Source: Styela clava (lineage: Eukaryota). From it: 64,000 nucleotides of DNA. The number at the start of each line of letters is the position of its first letter. Within the stretch, counting starts at the first letter, position 1. The position numbers were made by a program, and so were the translations under genes. The DNA lies in NCBI RefSeq assembly GCF_964204865.1, contig NC_135259.1:19840001-19904000 (forward strand), in the 5' to 3' direction. Shown one piece after another: positions 1 through 12,661 of the stretch. Below the pieces are notes generated by a model that was not told the origin of the DNA, searched no databases, and saw only the letters and a program-made list of their open reading frames with translations.

Positions 1-487
1 CATTCATCATTTTGGACGCAGTTTCCGGGCATTAATTTCAAAAATTTCATGGTTCTGGTGACCTTTATTTTGCATAACCATGTATGAATACTAGCAAAAA
101 ATGTAACGACGCACGCAAGGACGCGGTTTGATTTAATTAATAACTATTAAACAATATGAACCATGAATTTCAATTACCCTTTCGATGTCGCAACACCCAC
201 CATCAAAGAACACAGTGTGATCAATATGTCATCATATAATGTTTTCATGACCCAAGAAGATAACATGTTATTATCTCCGCCACATTCGATTTTTAATTTA
301 AAAACTAGAATTACGTGACATTCTTAGTCAATATTGAGAATTAAAAGCATCGGGTTTGCCAAAAAAGTTCCAAGATGTATAATATAGTATAAATATAACT
401 TTATATATGTATTCCTGCATAGCGATGAATTTGTGAACAACGGTGCTCAGGGATAGTGCATGATTGCCACCAGGTAAAGTCATGTTG

Positions 488-611
488 ATAATAAATGAAG
501 CACAACCGGTGTTAGCAAAACGAATTAATTTGCCGACGTTTTCTGTATAGAAATTCGAAACGTCGGCAAATTACATCGTTTTGCTAACACCGGTTGTGCT
601 TCATTTATTAT
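488..611. repeat. Near-perfect inverted repeat (about 54-bp arms, about 15-nt loop)
   Basis: ATAATAAATGAAGCACAACCGGTGTTAGCAAAACGA..TAATTTGCCGACGTTT is mirrored by AAACGTCGGCAAATTA..TCGTTTTGCTAACACCGGTTGTGCTTCATTTATTAT. Confidence 0.9.
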
Positions 612-724
612 TAAGGTGATCAGGAATAGTAGTTTCATTTATAGACCTTGTCTTATACAATAGAATACGCGTTGGTTGTTTCAAAATTAAACCATCTTTT
701 TACAACGGGAGAGACACTCTAGAG

Positions 725-1030
725 CTGACATGAGCAAACTACGGCCCGCCGAAAGTTACGGGCCTAATCCGACCTGCTGAGTAATTCAATCTGAACCGTC
801 TGATGCTGCCACAACCAAACTGAAACCAAATTTTGATGTTTCAGTCAGAATTAGCTAAAGGAATTTGTTGAGATTGCGATTAAATTCAGTTTTGGCACGA
901 TATTTATTGTTTTCCCTTTTGCTTTTGTGACAATGAAAATATTGCTTATAAAATGTACCCTTTTGCGTCACACTTACATGGCCCGCCAGTCTGAGTGGGC
1001 AACATTTTTATGCCCAGGCCCAACAAGATT
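725..1030 (-). mobile_element. hAT-like MITE family B (partial copy)
   Basis: Reverse complement of the elements at 46393-46667 and 49308-49602; another copy at ~35580-35840. Confidence 0.7.
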
Positions 1031-1197
1031 TACTCACCTAACCTAATTACTCATTCCCTATTGTTGAGGAAATTTCCTCGCGACTGCTCGTCCCGAAAAA
1101 TCATATTTACTGAAAAATTTCGATACGCTTGTCCAGCTAGTGCACTTTCTTAATATTTATTTATCTTAAAAAGAAGCAGTCGGAAAATGCTACTCAC

Positions 1198-3067
1198 AAC
1201 CCATCCACCTCCATCAGTTACAAGATCGCAGTAAACTTCGACAGATTTGTCTTCGGATTCGGGATATATATAAAATACTCCACCGGCGGTGTTTTGACTT
1301 TTCGCAAAGTGGCGGTTTACAGATGTGCAATCCTTCGGGAAAGCTATAAAACATTGCAAGTTCATACTGTTATAGTAGAATATTCAGTCAAGAATTACAC
1401 CCAGATTATCGGCGTGAAATGAGATTTGGACACTACTTTACATCCTATATAGTACCAGAGTGGTCAAAGGTTGAGAAATTGGCGGTCCGCAAAAACTTTT
1501 GAGGATGTCTCGAGGGCCGCAGTCGGAGAAAACCGAAAAGTGATCAAAACATCGCGACTTTACTCACATTACATATATTTAAGAATGAGAGTTTACCGTT
1601 CTAATCTGTTTTTTAAGAAAGATATATAAAGCTATTAGTTATTTTGAAATTGCTTCCCAGAAATACTGTGGTATTTTCGGTATCTTGTTTCGTGTTTGGT
1701 TTTATAATGTCGCTTCGAATTATATTCTTTCGTGACATATATTACTTGAAAACACCCAAGACACTGTGGTTTAACGTTGTTGTGGGTTAGGAAATACGTT
1801 TACCTCGGTCACCTTTTTTACTCATTGAATGATGAATTGTTAAATTTGATAAATTTTATTACTTGTAGCGTGAGCAGACCTGGTGCTATCGTCAAAGAAC
1901 AACCAAGTCCGCCTAAGTTGGTACTCCGGACCCAGCTGAAAAAAAATGGATCGCACGGTGCTAAGTCAGCTCTGCGGTTCGTCACTGCTGTCTCGTGGCC
2001 AACGCTTGGAAAAGAGGAGTGTTTTTACTAAAATAAAGGCACATAACGTCGCCGCAAATGAGGTTTTACTTGACGCGAGCTCAATGCACAAAGTTTAAAT
2101 AAAAATTAGAGCTGTAATTAACATATCGAAATGCATTATTAAAGATGTCATTTAAAAGCGGTTGTAAATTTTGTGACTCAATTCCATTGTTCAAATCATG
2201 TTCAATCTGTTATTCAAAATCTAGGCAAATACGTACAAAACATGGTCTATTGATACTTTTCGCATTACCTCGCACGGTAGACAACAGAAGTTCTACGGAA
2301 TGATTCAAACGTGACATTTTGTCAAGAGATTCCATTTGTCTCAACGACTGGTTTCTTTGATGTTCGAATTGCCCTTTCAAACTTCTCATCTCACTCTGAA
2401 GCTGTTAATATAAATTATTCGTTTTCAGTGTTTACATGTAGATTGGAGAAATCGGATAATTTTGGTTCTCAACGACAAAAATCCGAATGATTCTGAGAAC
2501 AGTGAAACGTTAAATATATTAATGGAATATTTGGGTTAGATATGGGAGTTCGGGTAAATATTAGTATATTCGAAATAAAAAGATAAACAGCATTTCCTTC
2601 TCACCCTTTTCAAATGGTATGAATGTTTTGCTGTTACTATTTGTGATTTATTCTGCATTGGGAATATGTATAGTTTCAACAAAATTGTAACCATATTAAT
2701 AAAACAGACGGTATTGTTGATTATGCAAATACATTTGCACTTTCCGGTATATAGAATGACCACGGATACATTTTTCTGACCTGTATGATGATCACAAGGC
2801 CGAAAACAACAAGCCCAACAACTATTGATGAAAATATTGCCAGAGCAATGAGTCCTCTTCTTGCTGTTGTGTCTTTATTACCTGAAATAATAACAGAATT
2901 TACTCGTTGTGCGCAATATAGATCGTGGTCAAACTATATATTTAGTAAAACATACCTTCACTCTTTACTGACTGCGGCGAGATGGGGATTTCATAGAGAT
3001 TCGTATCCGATACCACTGTCCTTACTTGCGGGAGATTTCTACGAAATTCTGTCTGTGCGACTGACAT
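1198..3067 (-). CDS. FReD-A: type II transmembrane fibrinogen-C-domain protein (FIBCD1/ficolin-like), 3' part runs off the left window edge
   Basis: Phase-consistent GT-AG exons: 3067-2956 (MSVAQTEF...TNLYEIP...KSE), 2881-2781 (TM GLIALAIFSSIVVGLVVFGLVIIIQ), 2401-2269 (stalk LQSEMRSLKGQF...LNHSVELLLSTVR), 1343-1198 (AFPKDC...VYCDLVTDGGGWV, start of FReD). The TM exon (101 nt) and first FReD exon (146 nt) match paralog B in size. Remaining FReD exons were not found in 1-1197. Confidence 0.85.
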
Positions 3068-4283
3068 CTTGGTAACTTACTGATTGCAAAATGTGATTGC
3101 GTGGCATACTTTATGGAAATACGTATAGAAGGTCCACTTGACGAATATCAAAACATGATTAATATTATTTTTTGGGGGGTCATGAAAACAACATGCGATG
3201 AGATATCTAGCACATTGTATACTTTGATCGTGGGTGCCACGACATCGAAAGGCTACTTGGAATCCATGGTTCAGATCGTTTTATAGTATTTCACCATAGT
3301 ATTTCAAACCGCGTCATTCCGTACCTAAATATTTTTTTTTGTAATTGAACCCTGACTATGTGGAAACATTCGAATATCAGTACACAACTAACCAGTGGTT
3401 CATGATCTTTTCTGAACCAACCAAATAAAATAGTTATATCAATGTTTTCAGATTTTTTTCGGGAATCGTCTAAAATTTTGATGCGTTTCTTTAGGAAGAG
3501 CCATTCAAATGCTAATTTCACGTGCTCAAATTTGAAAGTTTTAATATTCTAAACATTCCTTAAGCACAGAAATCAGCTAATCAATGAAGTATTCGAATGG
3601 GGATTTAGGATCCGTATCCACATCTATTCCTTAATGTTAAGCAGCCCTGTAGCCCACAATCCTCGGGCCATCCAAAGCTATTTATTCTTATTCTCAATAA
3701 TTGTTCGCTCCCAAATTCTATTACGTGATGAAAAGATTACTTGGAGTCTCTTCAACAATACATCTAGCGCCAATAATCTGTGATCTCGTTACAAATATGT
3801 ACGAATTTACAGTCGTGATACGTCACCAACGATCACAGGAATACATAAAAACGACACGGTAGTGCATACGACAGGTCTGGCGGGTGAGGGAAGAAGGTGG
3901 TTATCAGTAGTTTATTTTTATCCCAAACTAAAACACACTTTATAAATAAACAATGCAAAAAAATAAATAAAATGGGTTTTCAGGATGAAGGGAGGCGCGA
4001 GACACCATTACTGGTTACGAGCAGCGACACCTGTGATCCCAGTCTAACAGTAAAAGATAAATCAAACAGTAACAGATGGCGACGACTTAGATATACCCAG
4101 AAGGCGCCCTATCCAAAGAGAAATGGATTACGACTCCGGAACATTACAACAATGGAACATTATTTGGTAAGTAACAATATGGATATATTTTTATAAATTT
4201 ATTCGGGAGCTCCGTAAATAATAGTCAACTTCTTCACAGTCTCTATAACACCAAAAGTTTGATAACGAATGTTTTAAATGAAG

Positions 4284-4587
4284 CAGGGGTGGGCAAGTTC
4301 TCTAATAGGCGGGCCAGATGTGGGAAAATGAAGTCCTCGGCGGGCCGGAATATAACATGAATAGTATTCAATATCTTGATCAGATATTTATTTGCAAATG
4401 CAAGAAAAGAATATTATGAATCGCGTTTAAAGTAAAGTTTAAACTTTACAAAAAATAAAGACCTAAAAATACATAATGAATTTATCATAATGTACTAAAA
4501 GTGTGATAATGTAATATCATAATGTACTGATGTACAGTCAGCGGGCCGGTCAAAATCTCGTTGCGGGCCGTATGTTGCCCACCCTTG
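4284..4587. mobile_element. hAT-like MITE with CAGGGGTGGGCAA termini
   Basis: TIRs CAGGGGTGGGCAA / TTGCCCACCCTTG with subterminal GCGGGCCG repeats; TSD degenerate. Confidence 0.7.
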
Positions 4588-4828
4588 TTTTAAAGTGTCC
4601 GTAGTCTGACCACCAAATCACCGAGATATGATCACGGCACCGTGCGCTATTTTTAATTTTATTGATGCCAAACAAAACTTCGAAATGAAAAACGAATCCT
4701 ATAGAGCCGACAGAATTATTTGAAATAAATAAAAGTATTAGCCTGACAAAAATCTTTAGCCACTGAAAATTCAAAAGCAATTCATCGAGTAGTCAAAGAG
4801 ATAACCTTTCTTTCAAAACAACAACATA

Positions 4829-5320
4829 ATGGACCTTTCCCCGAGCATCGACTTCCTCGTTTACTTCATGACATTGACCAATCAGCAAGACGCAAATACC
4901 AATACTCCCTTTTCCAATCCGCCCAGACACTTTTCTCACTCAGACAGATTTTCAAGCTTGGTTGTAAACATTACCTCGTTTTTGGACTCCATTCTATTCG
5001 TTAGTTTTCAGTTTTGTTTCGGAAATTTGAATATAAACAGATAATTCAATGATCACTCAGTCTTCTTAGGATTTTTAATTTAATTGCAGTCATAAAAAAT
5101 TAGTGTAGAAATAGCTGTGATAGACAGGGCTAAAACTCTTTACCGGTACTTTTAAAAAACAGATTGTTGTATGCGATAAATCACAATGATGGTTTGAAAC
5201 ACATACCCCATTTTACAGGCGCCAACTCGCAAAACTACTCTTAAAATAAACCCCGAAAATTTTGCAGTGGTAAAGTATAGGCAGAATTTTTCGGGAGTCA
5301 AAGGTCGGGAAAAGGTCCAT
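4829..5320. mobile_element. About 500-bp TIR element (family G), nested in another dispersed repeat
   Basis: Termini ATGGACCTTT / AAAGGTCCAT; near-identical reverse-complement copy at 22742-23243. Confidence 0.85.
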
Positions 5321-5660
5321 AGTAAAACAATCCATAGGTCCATTTCGTGTCCAATAGAACTGCAATTGTGGCAATAGACTGCGTTTAATCAGAAGTTCCG
5401 TTTGTTTGAACAAAGTAAAGGTCAGGCAATACGATCGTTACAGAGCATTTTTCATTGGAACTCTTATGGACGTTCTTCAGCAAGTATGGGAACAACAAAC
5501 CCTAAGATGCCAATGAAAGATTAGTTCCTTTTTCAAGATTTCAAGGTTCTTCGTAAGATAACACAACAGAATAAATGTCAGGTATTCCATAAAAATATTG
5601 CAATGACATAGCAAATTGCAATCTTTCAATGAAGCCTTTGTATTTCAGTTAATCGGGAAA

Positions 5661-8600
5661 CTACGTTTTTTTTCGAAACTTCATCTCTGTGAACTTTAGC
5701 GAATGATAGCTCCTCCATTTAATCCAAGTAACGGATGTCTCATTATACCGCCCGTCCTGGTAATATACCCCATTCAGATTGGAGAGAAAACACTTATTGT
5801 ACCACCAAGCACCACTCCAACCGATTGCACAGCTACGGGAATATTTGTCATTGTCAGAATCTTTCGTACTAAACTGCATATTGTTATGATACGTCAATGA
5901 ATCTCCGGCTGTTCCAGAGTATTCTCCAACTAGTAATGTATAGTTTTCGCTTGCAGATGCGATAGAGAAATACCTGAATCATAATGATAAATCTTAAACA
6001 AAATGACATTGCTGACAAGTTACACGACCATATTGATGATAGGATAGGATTTAGAATTTGGATATTTATCCCTATGAAAAAGGAAAGCCGATAATACGGC
6101 TCAACCATATGCGAACCACGGCCTTCCGTCCGGGTACCAATCCATGTTGGTGATGGGATTAATTAGCCAGTTATTTGTCTTCGGAAGCATGGAATTGATG
6201 GTGGAGGAAATCGACCAGCGGTTAAGTGAACCACCCTACCGGTCAGTAAATATTGTCACAGCATAAATAAACTACAAATACCATAGTCATTGATTAATGA
6301 CATATGTATATACTCATCAATGAGAATAATCTTCGTATATTAAAAATGGTTAATTATATCTTGCTACTTACCCATATTTTGCATAAGCAGTGGTTCCATT
6401 GAAATCTTCCAAATCAACTCTCAGCTCGTAACTTCCATTTTTAGTCAGTTGATAGATTGTTTCTAGGCCTGAATATGGAGATGTAGACAGTGGCGTATCT
6501 AGGGTGTGGCAGCCATGGCTCGTGTCATGGGCGCCGCATGCACAGGGGCGCAAAAAAGGCGAAAAGTTTTAATCGTAAAATATAATAAAATAATTTTAAA
6601 TCGGAAATAACTGGAACTCGTATTTTGACCAACATAATAACGTACAAGTATCTCAATTCAACAACAGCCGTTGAAAATTTCCAGTCATCGATCAAGGGGG
6701 CGCTTTATTTTCAAACTTTGCCATGGGCGTCATTTTACGTAGATACGCCACTGAGTGCAGAGCATATGAATTTCTCTTGCATTGCATTGCTTGCATACAC
6801 GAACTCAAGCGGTTGTAATTTTTCTGTTATTTACCCACAGAAATCGCAAACTATTATAAAGCATGAAAGTTTATGATGAAATTCAGGTGTTTAATTATTA
6901 CCATTTATACGCATTCGGACCCTAATATCTCTGAACTCTCTGCCTTAAAGTTTCATTTATATAACAAGCAAAAGAGCAGCCAGTACAGACTGCAAACGGG
7001 GCACCAGGGGGCCCATTTGCCAAACTTCATTTTTATCATTTAACGTGTTAGTAAATCGAGAAGTTGGAATTCACTGAAATCGTAAATATTTGAGAGTTTT
7101 TTTCGCGCTTAGTAAAACGTCTTGTACCTTCTCATATTTTGTCATGAAAATGACATTTTCCAAATTTAATTTATTGTCCTTTCCCTTTAGGAAGATGAGA
7201 GAAGGACCCCTATCCCCCCACCCGGTTATTTGAACTTTTGTGTGAACCTCGAGCATTTTCGTGGGCAAGATAAGAAATCTCAATAAAGCATTCTACACAG
7301 CTGATGACAAGAATAACAACTGGATTGCATGGAAATGAACGAAACATCCATCGAATTTTGCTGCATACCCACACCATTATATTAATGAATTATTACAATT
7401 TGAGGATCCTAACCCTCACGCGGCTACGTCATCTGAAAATTACGTCACAGTGACGTAATAAGGCCCTTCAAAGTTTACGGATGGTCGTCTGACTAAAACG
7501 CACAGACGTTGATCCAAAATCGAGCGAGCTATTTCTCTCGTTTTCTCGTCATAACGATACGGATAGTAGAGAGATCGCTGGCGTTAGTGAGTTAATTATA
7601 GTACAGCACAGATGCTAATTCGGACGATCGTATCTATACTTTGGCAAGCTCTGTGACGTCGAAGTGACGTAATTTTCGGACGACGTAGTCAGGTGGTTAA
7701 GAATATTGAGTGCAAAAATCAATATGCTACACGCACTAGAAGTACTTGCGGGCGCGTACTTCGGGAAACCTAAATTTGTTCCTCAATGGTCGAAGCTCCA
7801 AAAAATAGTTAAATTTGGAAAATTCTAGTCTTTTCTCGAAGCGAAAAGCGCTTTACCCACCCAACCACATTTCTTTATTATTTTTTCCGAATCCATTGGC
7901 ATAGTCGTTCCATTCTCTGTAAAAGTCTTCTGTTCCGTCCATTCGTCTTTGGAATATCTTAGAAATATTGATCATAGAGGCTTATCCAAAAAATAGAATC
8001 CATAAATTACCTAGTTACTTTTATTAAATTGTTTGATTTTGAACTTTTCTTAAGTATGATTCTAAGTACTTGGATAAATGTGACATACTGTCCATCCGCC
8101 TCCATCCGTTAAAAGATCGCAGTAAACTTTAACCGGTTTGTTTCTTGATTCCGGATATATATCAAAGACTCCACCGCTGGTGTTTTGACTTTTTGCATAA
8201 TTACGATTTACAGTTGTGCAATCCTCCGGAAAACCTGCCAGAATTTATATACAGTACTGTAAAGACGCTCAAATAACGTACAGCTCAAATTGATATTACA
8301 AAAATATTGAGGATCAATCCTTAACGTACCTAGTAGCGTTGGTATCTTCAATTGTTGATGGGAACGATTCAGACTTGACACATCTATAATAGATTGATTT
8401 AATCGTATTTGCTGTTCGTTGAGCTGTGAGCGAACTGCCTCTAAGTCTGCAAAATGATTGCAATATTTCATCATATTGCTGATTGAATTTGGTTTTTGTT
8501 ATTTCTAATTCGTTGGAATACGAGCAATTCATATGAATAAGAACAATTTGAAATAATTTCACCAGTTAATTTTTTTACTATAATCTTTCTGCATTGCGGT

Positions 8601-11600
8601 ACAACTGCGAGAGCGAAGCTCAAATATATGGACACGAAGTCCAAAACGCCATACGGTATGTAATCTGTCAGAGCAGACTACCGGTACCATCAGTCAACGC
8701 GGAAGACAGCCATCATGAAAGCGTATTCCCACGAAAAATACAATCTTGAACCACTGAAAATTCCAAAGCAATTTGTCCTGTTGTTGAGGAGAAAAGCAAT
8801 TTTTTCATAACGATAAGAAGAAAAATACCAACAACATAATAACAAAACTATCCATATGTCTACTTTGCGTCCAATAATAACAATAAAATATTAGCAAAAC
8901 GATCCCAAGATCCAATAATACCAGGAATGAAAATTACCGTGTTTCACCAACGTTGCAATTTGCTGAACAGAATGATTCATGGAATTTCCAAGTGTTCGTG
9001 AAACATCTTCAAGAGATTTATTGAATTGCCCCGCCAGTTTTGAATACATGTCAGACCCTGTAAAAAACGCAAATATACGTCAATACGTTGTATTAGATAG
9101 CAGTAATTTCATTACAGTATTTATATGTATTTCATAGGATGGTCTGTCAAATACATAACTCATTTTATATGTGTTACAGATAGTGTTATCGCTAATAGCA
9201 AAATATTAACCACCCACTAAATTTTGGAACCTCCCTCCCAAATAGCCATATTTCAGAATTCCCACGCGATTTAATACAATAAATAAAATATCAACAGTAT
9301 TTACTCTACTTATTATATCTGATTCAAATCTTGCAAGATTTTGGTGTTTAAATATTGAAATATAATATATTCCGTTACCTTGCATTACTGAACGTGAAAG
9401 TTGCTTCTGGGAAAGATTCAGATACAAAATGCTTTCGATGGTGTTGTTGATTTGGGATTTATGTTCAGTCAGTTGTGTGTACAAGAAATCGAAATCTGTT
9501 AGATTATTCGAAATTATGAATTTCTAAACAATTCGTGTCAAAGACATGCAAAAACTTTACTCATGAGATTGCATGAATGTACCGCCAAACAGATGTACCG
9601 ATGTATTGGAATCGGCTCAAGGTAGACCGATATTTCGGATATGTTTAGCTTTTCAATCTGATTCAGAATGTTTCAAAAAATAGGTTAGAATACGGATGTT
9701 GCAATTAGTTTTTGCGCGGAGGGATCATGTTCGCGGTATTTGCCTCCATCAATTTCCTATTATCTGATATATCTCTTTTTCCATCTGAAACAATGTGCAC
9801 TATGAATATTGCTCACAGTCTATTGTTTTAATCCGTCTGTCCTGCACACTTAAGATAATAATTACATAGTATCACAAATATCGGCTTTTTTTAAATATTG
9901 GTCTCGGCGATAAAAGCGGTTCGGTACATTTCTAGTATGAACCAAACGGGGGCGACCTGTGTGTCTATACTAATATAACACGGTTCGGTTGTATTTATGG
10001 ATGACTCGCTACTGTTGTACTTGTAGATGTAACTGACTCCATGTATATCTGCCAAAGTTTAATTTAAACAGTAGGCCTACATACAAGCAAGTTTACATGA
10101 AATTTTGGAGATGTATTCCAAGGTAACATTATGCTGCGAATTTTCCTGAAGATAGCTGTATGATCATCCAAATTTAGTTGTTATATACCTCAAGACAAAT
10201 CTATTAGGTATTCAAAATAATGTTTTTTCAAGATTTATGAACCATCGCAAAGTAAAATTGATAGACAAAGTGATAGACTTGGTTTACCTCTTGTTTTCTG
10301 GTCATAAAATTGCTCAATGGAAAAATTATCCTGAGGAGTCTGCTTCATTCCCTTTATTTCGTTCTGCATCTGTTCAAAATGGGACTGTTTTTGTGAGTTT
10401 ATTAAGTTTTTCACTTTTCAAAAATATTTCTTTTTGTGCCGAAGGTACCCCCCCCCCCCACAATACAGTGTGGTCTAGTCCGATATATTCGGCTAAGTGG
10501 GACCGTTGGGCATTCGCTAAACTTCATAGAAAGTAAGGTATACGAGCACGTAACAGTGTCTCTAAAAAGGCAATAGCGACTCATTCATTGTATGTGCGAT
10601 TCATGAAATATCTCGTAAACGCTTGAAGCACGGTTACGTACATCTCTCAAAATCTAACGCCTGGGCACGTAAGTTCTCTCGAAATCTTACGCACGGTCAC
10701 GTACATTCTCCCGAAATCATACGCACGGTCACGTACATTCTCTCGAAATCATACGCACGATCACGTACATTCTCTCGAAATCGTACGCACGATCACCGTT
10801 GAACAAAATCCCTTCTTGGTCACTCAGTCATATCACTTGCCTCGCGGAGCTGGTGAGCAGGTTTTGAAAGGATCGGTCGGCCTTCTCTGCCTTAATTTCA
10901 GGGATTGGTAGATTATCTGTATTTTTGAATTTAGTTCTTGTAACAGATAATCTACCAATCCCTGAAATGCTCATACCAAGTCACGTATTGTGAATCACCC
11001 GTGTATCACACAATGCAATAAGCGAATTGTCTTACGGCACCGATCAAAAATATCACCTTAACGAGTCTATTCAGACGAGTTTCCATCCCATTGTGGTCAC
11101 GTGACCAAACGTCGATGATGTTAAAAAATAAGAAAAAGCATTAGGAAATAATGGGATACAAAGCCTCTTTCGGGCCATGGAAACAGGTTTCGCGGGCCGG
11201 ACAGTGTCCCGCGAACCGTTTATTGCACCCCTCTGTTGAAGATGGAACAATTAAAATGCAAAACTTATTACTGTTTCATTAAATATTAGCTGTATTCCAC
11301 TTACCTGTCTGATCATAAAAATATTAAAAGTGGCGAGTGCGACAATCATTGCCAAAAGTATTATTAAAGTCACCACTTCATTTCTGATCTTTGTGTTTTT
11401 GTTCTCTGAAAAGATATGAAATGCATAGGATATTGTAAGTATAATATCAAATATTCCTACAAATTTCACTGAAAGTTTTCATTTTTCACAAAGTAACGGT
11501 ACGTAATGTTCATCTCATCGAGAATTTTGTAAAAAAATGATGCAAGGCAGCTGTATGCATTTATTGAAGCATTGAAAGATGTCGTAATCGCGACTACGTA

Positions 11601-11914
11601 AAACCTAAAATAAAAGTAAATATACCCTTACTCTATATGGCGTCTTTGCCTAGTGAAGGAATAAAACCTGACAGACGCAGGAAGTCAAATACCCATACAA
11701 ATTATAATGGAAATTTCAAATATTAGCGCTATGCTTTCATAATGTGAACGAATGACAGCTTATACCTAACTCCTGAAATACCTTTGCGTTTCTTTGGTTG
11801 AACTTGAACACATGTCATTTCATAAACATTGTCATATGCTGGTAAAGTGTTGTTTTTATCCGGATTTGAATCATCCGGAATGTCACAGTAGAATTCTGTT
11901 TCAGCAGTAGACAT
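5661..11914 (-). CDS. FReD-B: intact type II transmembrane fibrinogen-C-domain protein, 10 exons, 440 aa
   Basis: Exons 11914-11782, 11405-11305 (TM), 10369-10288, 9495-9379, 9057-8938, 8446-8330, 8234-8089, 7957-7861, 6468-6372, 5973-5661. Total 1323 nt, all GT-AG, open frame. FReD hallmarks: [21 protein letters not shown], GFG...EMWLGLE, YELRVDLEDF, FSTKDSDND, GAWWYNKC..SNLNG. Confidence 0.93.
6040..6245 (-). mobile_element. tRNA-derived SINE, 3' fragment
   Basis: Matches the 3' half of the copies at 48105-48423 and 61438-61728 (GAAGCCGATAA..CGGCT.AACCATATG.CGAACCACGGC; GACCAGCGGTTA.GTGAACCACCCTAC). Confidence 0.7.
6488..6753. mobile_element. MITE family C (TIR CAGTGGCGTATCTA)
   Basis: 14-bp perfect TIR; lies about 20 bp from the exon-9 acceptor of FReD-B and is absent from the same intron of FReD-C. 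Confidence 0.85.
7410..7750. mobile_element. Internal fragment of TIR element family F, without the nested G element
   Basis: Collinear with 22585-22740 plus 23244-23442; internally palindromic. Confidence 0.75.
8590..8885 (+). repeat. Dispersed repeat family H (about 300 bp)
   Basis: Core AATCTT.AACCACTGAAAATT.CAAAGCAATT...GTGTCCAATAAT recurs at ~4660-4828/5321-5360, 16140-16370 and 25440-25635, and reversed at 47680-47960 and 50850-51110. Confidence 0.65.
10628..10795. repeat. 32-bp minisatellite (about 5 units) in FReD-B intron 2
   Basis: Unit TCTCGAAATC(A/T)TACGCACG(A/G)TCACGTACATTC; only about 2-3 units at the paralogous site 22350-22425. Confidence 0.85.
10895..10968. repeat. Perfect 26-bp-arm hairpin with a 22-nt loop
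   Basis: ATTTCAGGGATTGGTAGATTATCTGT (10895-10920) / ACAGATAATCTACCAATCCCTGAAAT (10943-10968). Confidence 0.9.
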
Positions 11915-12661
11915 CTTGACAGGTCGGTCGGTTTTTCCAAACGACTCGTTCCAAATGTTCGATATCTTTTTTTATACAGGTATAACTGCGGTTTGATATT
12001 CTTTAGTCATGAGTAAATGCATTAGAGTGGTGTAATCACCTTATAGAACATAAAATGTCTTATAAGCATTTAATAAACAAATAAGTTAGCATGTTGTGGG
12101 TGATATCTGTTACTCGTCTGTTTGGGACCATAATGTATTCCTGCATCTCAAATACTAACGAACAAGCACAAGAGTTGTCGATATCATTGTTGCCAAAATA
12201 TATGACTACATGATTATTAGGTTATTAATGAGGGATTTGTGGGTGTCACAGAATCTGCGTCATCAATATTTTATATGTTTTTTGGAATTACTCACTGTGT
12301 GGTCAATTAAATAGAATGAACATAGAATAAATTAAGTATGCATGTTTTGATAGGATTCCTAATATATGCACAATCATCCAAAATGTTGAATCATTAGAAT
12401 GTGGGATAATGGGCTTGTCTATTTCTACGCATATATTTATCGCATGATACATAAAACAGGTCTTATCGACTGGCGGTCCGACTCCGGACTTTTCGAGTAT
12501 TCGATTCGGACTCTACCTAATTCTTTATTTTGGATCATTGGCCCCACTTTGGATATGTGGAGGTTTTCTTTAATTAACTGACTTATATATTTTTAAAGAT
12601 TATTTTATAGTTTCTTCATATTTGCACCTGAATATATATGGAACGAACGGTACGCCATAAT

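Noticed and set aside
1805-2220. Possible extra stalk exon(s) of FReD-A (acceptor near 2220, donor near 1805)
   Set aside because: In-frame stops in the required phase and only vague similarity to the stalk modules; may be a decayed exon but cannot be supported.
4829-5413. Short ORFs repeated at 22601-23375 (MDLSPSIDFLVYF..., CKMGYVFQTII...)
   Set aside because: Similarity arises from two copies of non-coding element G; no transposase motifs.
10628-10795. CRISPR-like array
   Set aside because: Units are head-to-tail with no unique spacers, there are no cas genes, and the context is a eukaryotic intron; it is a minisatellite.
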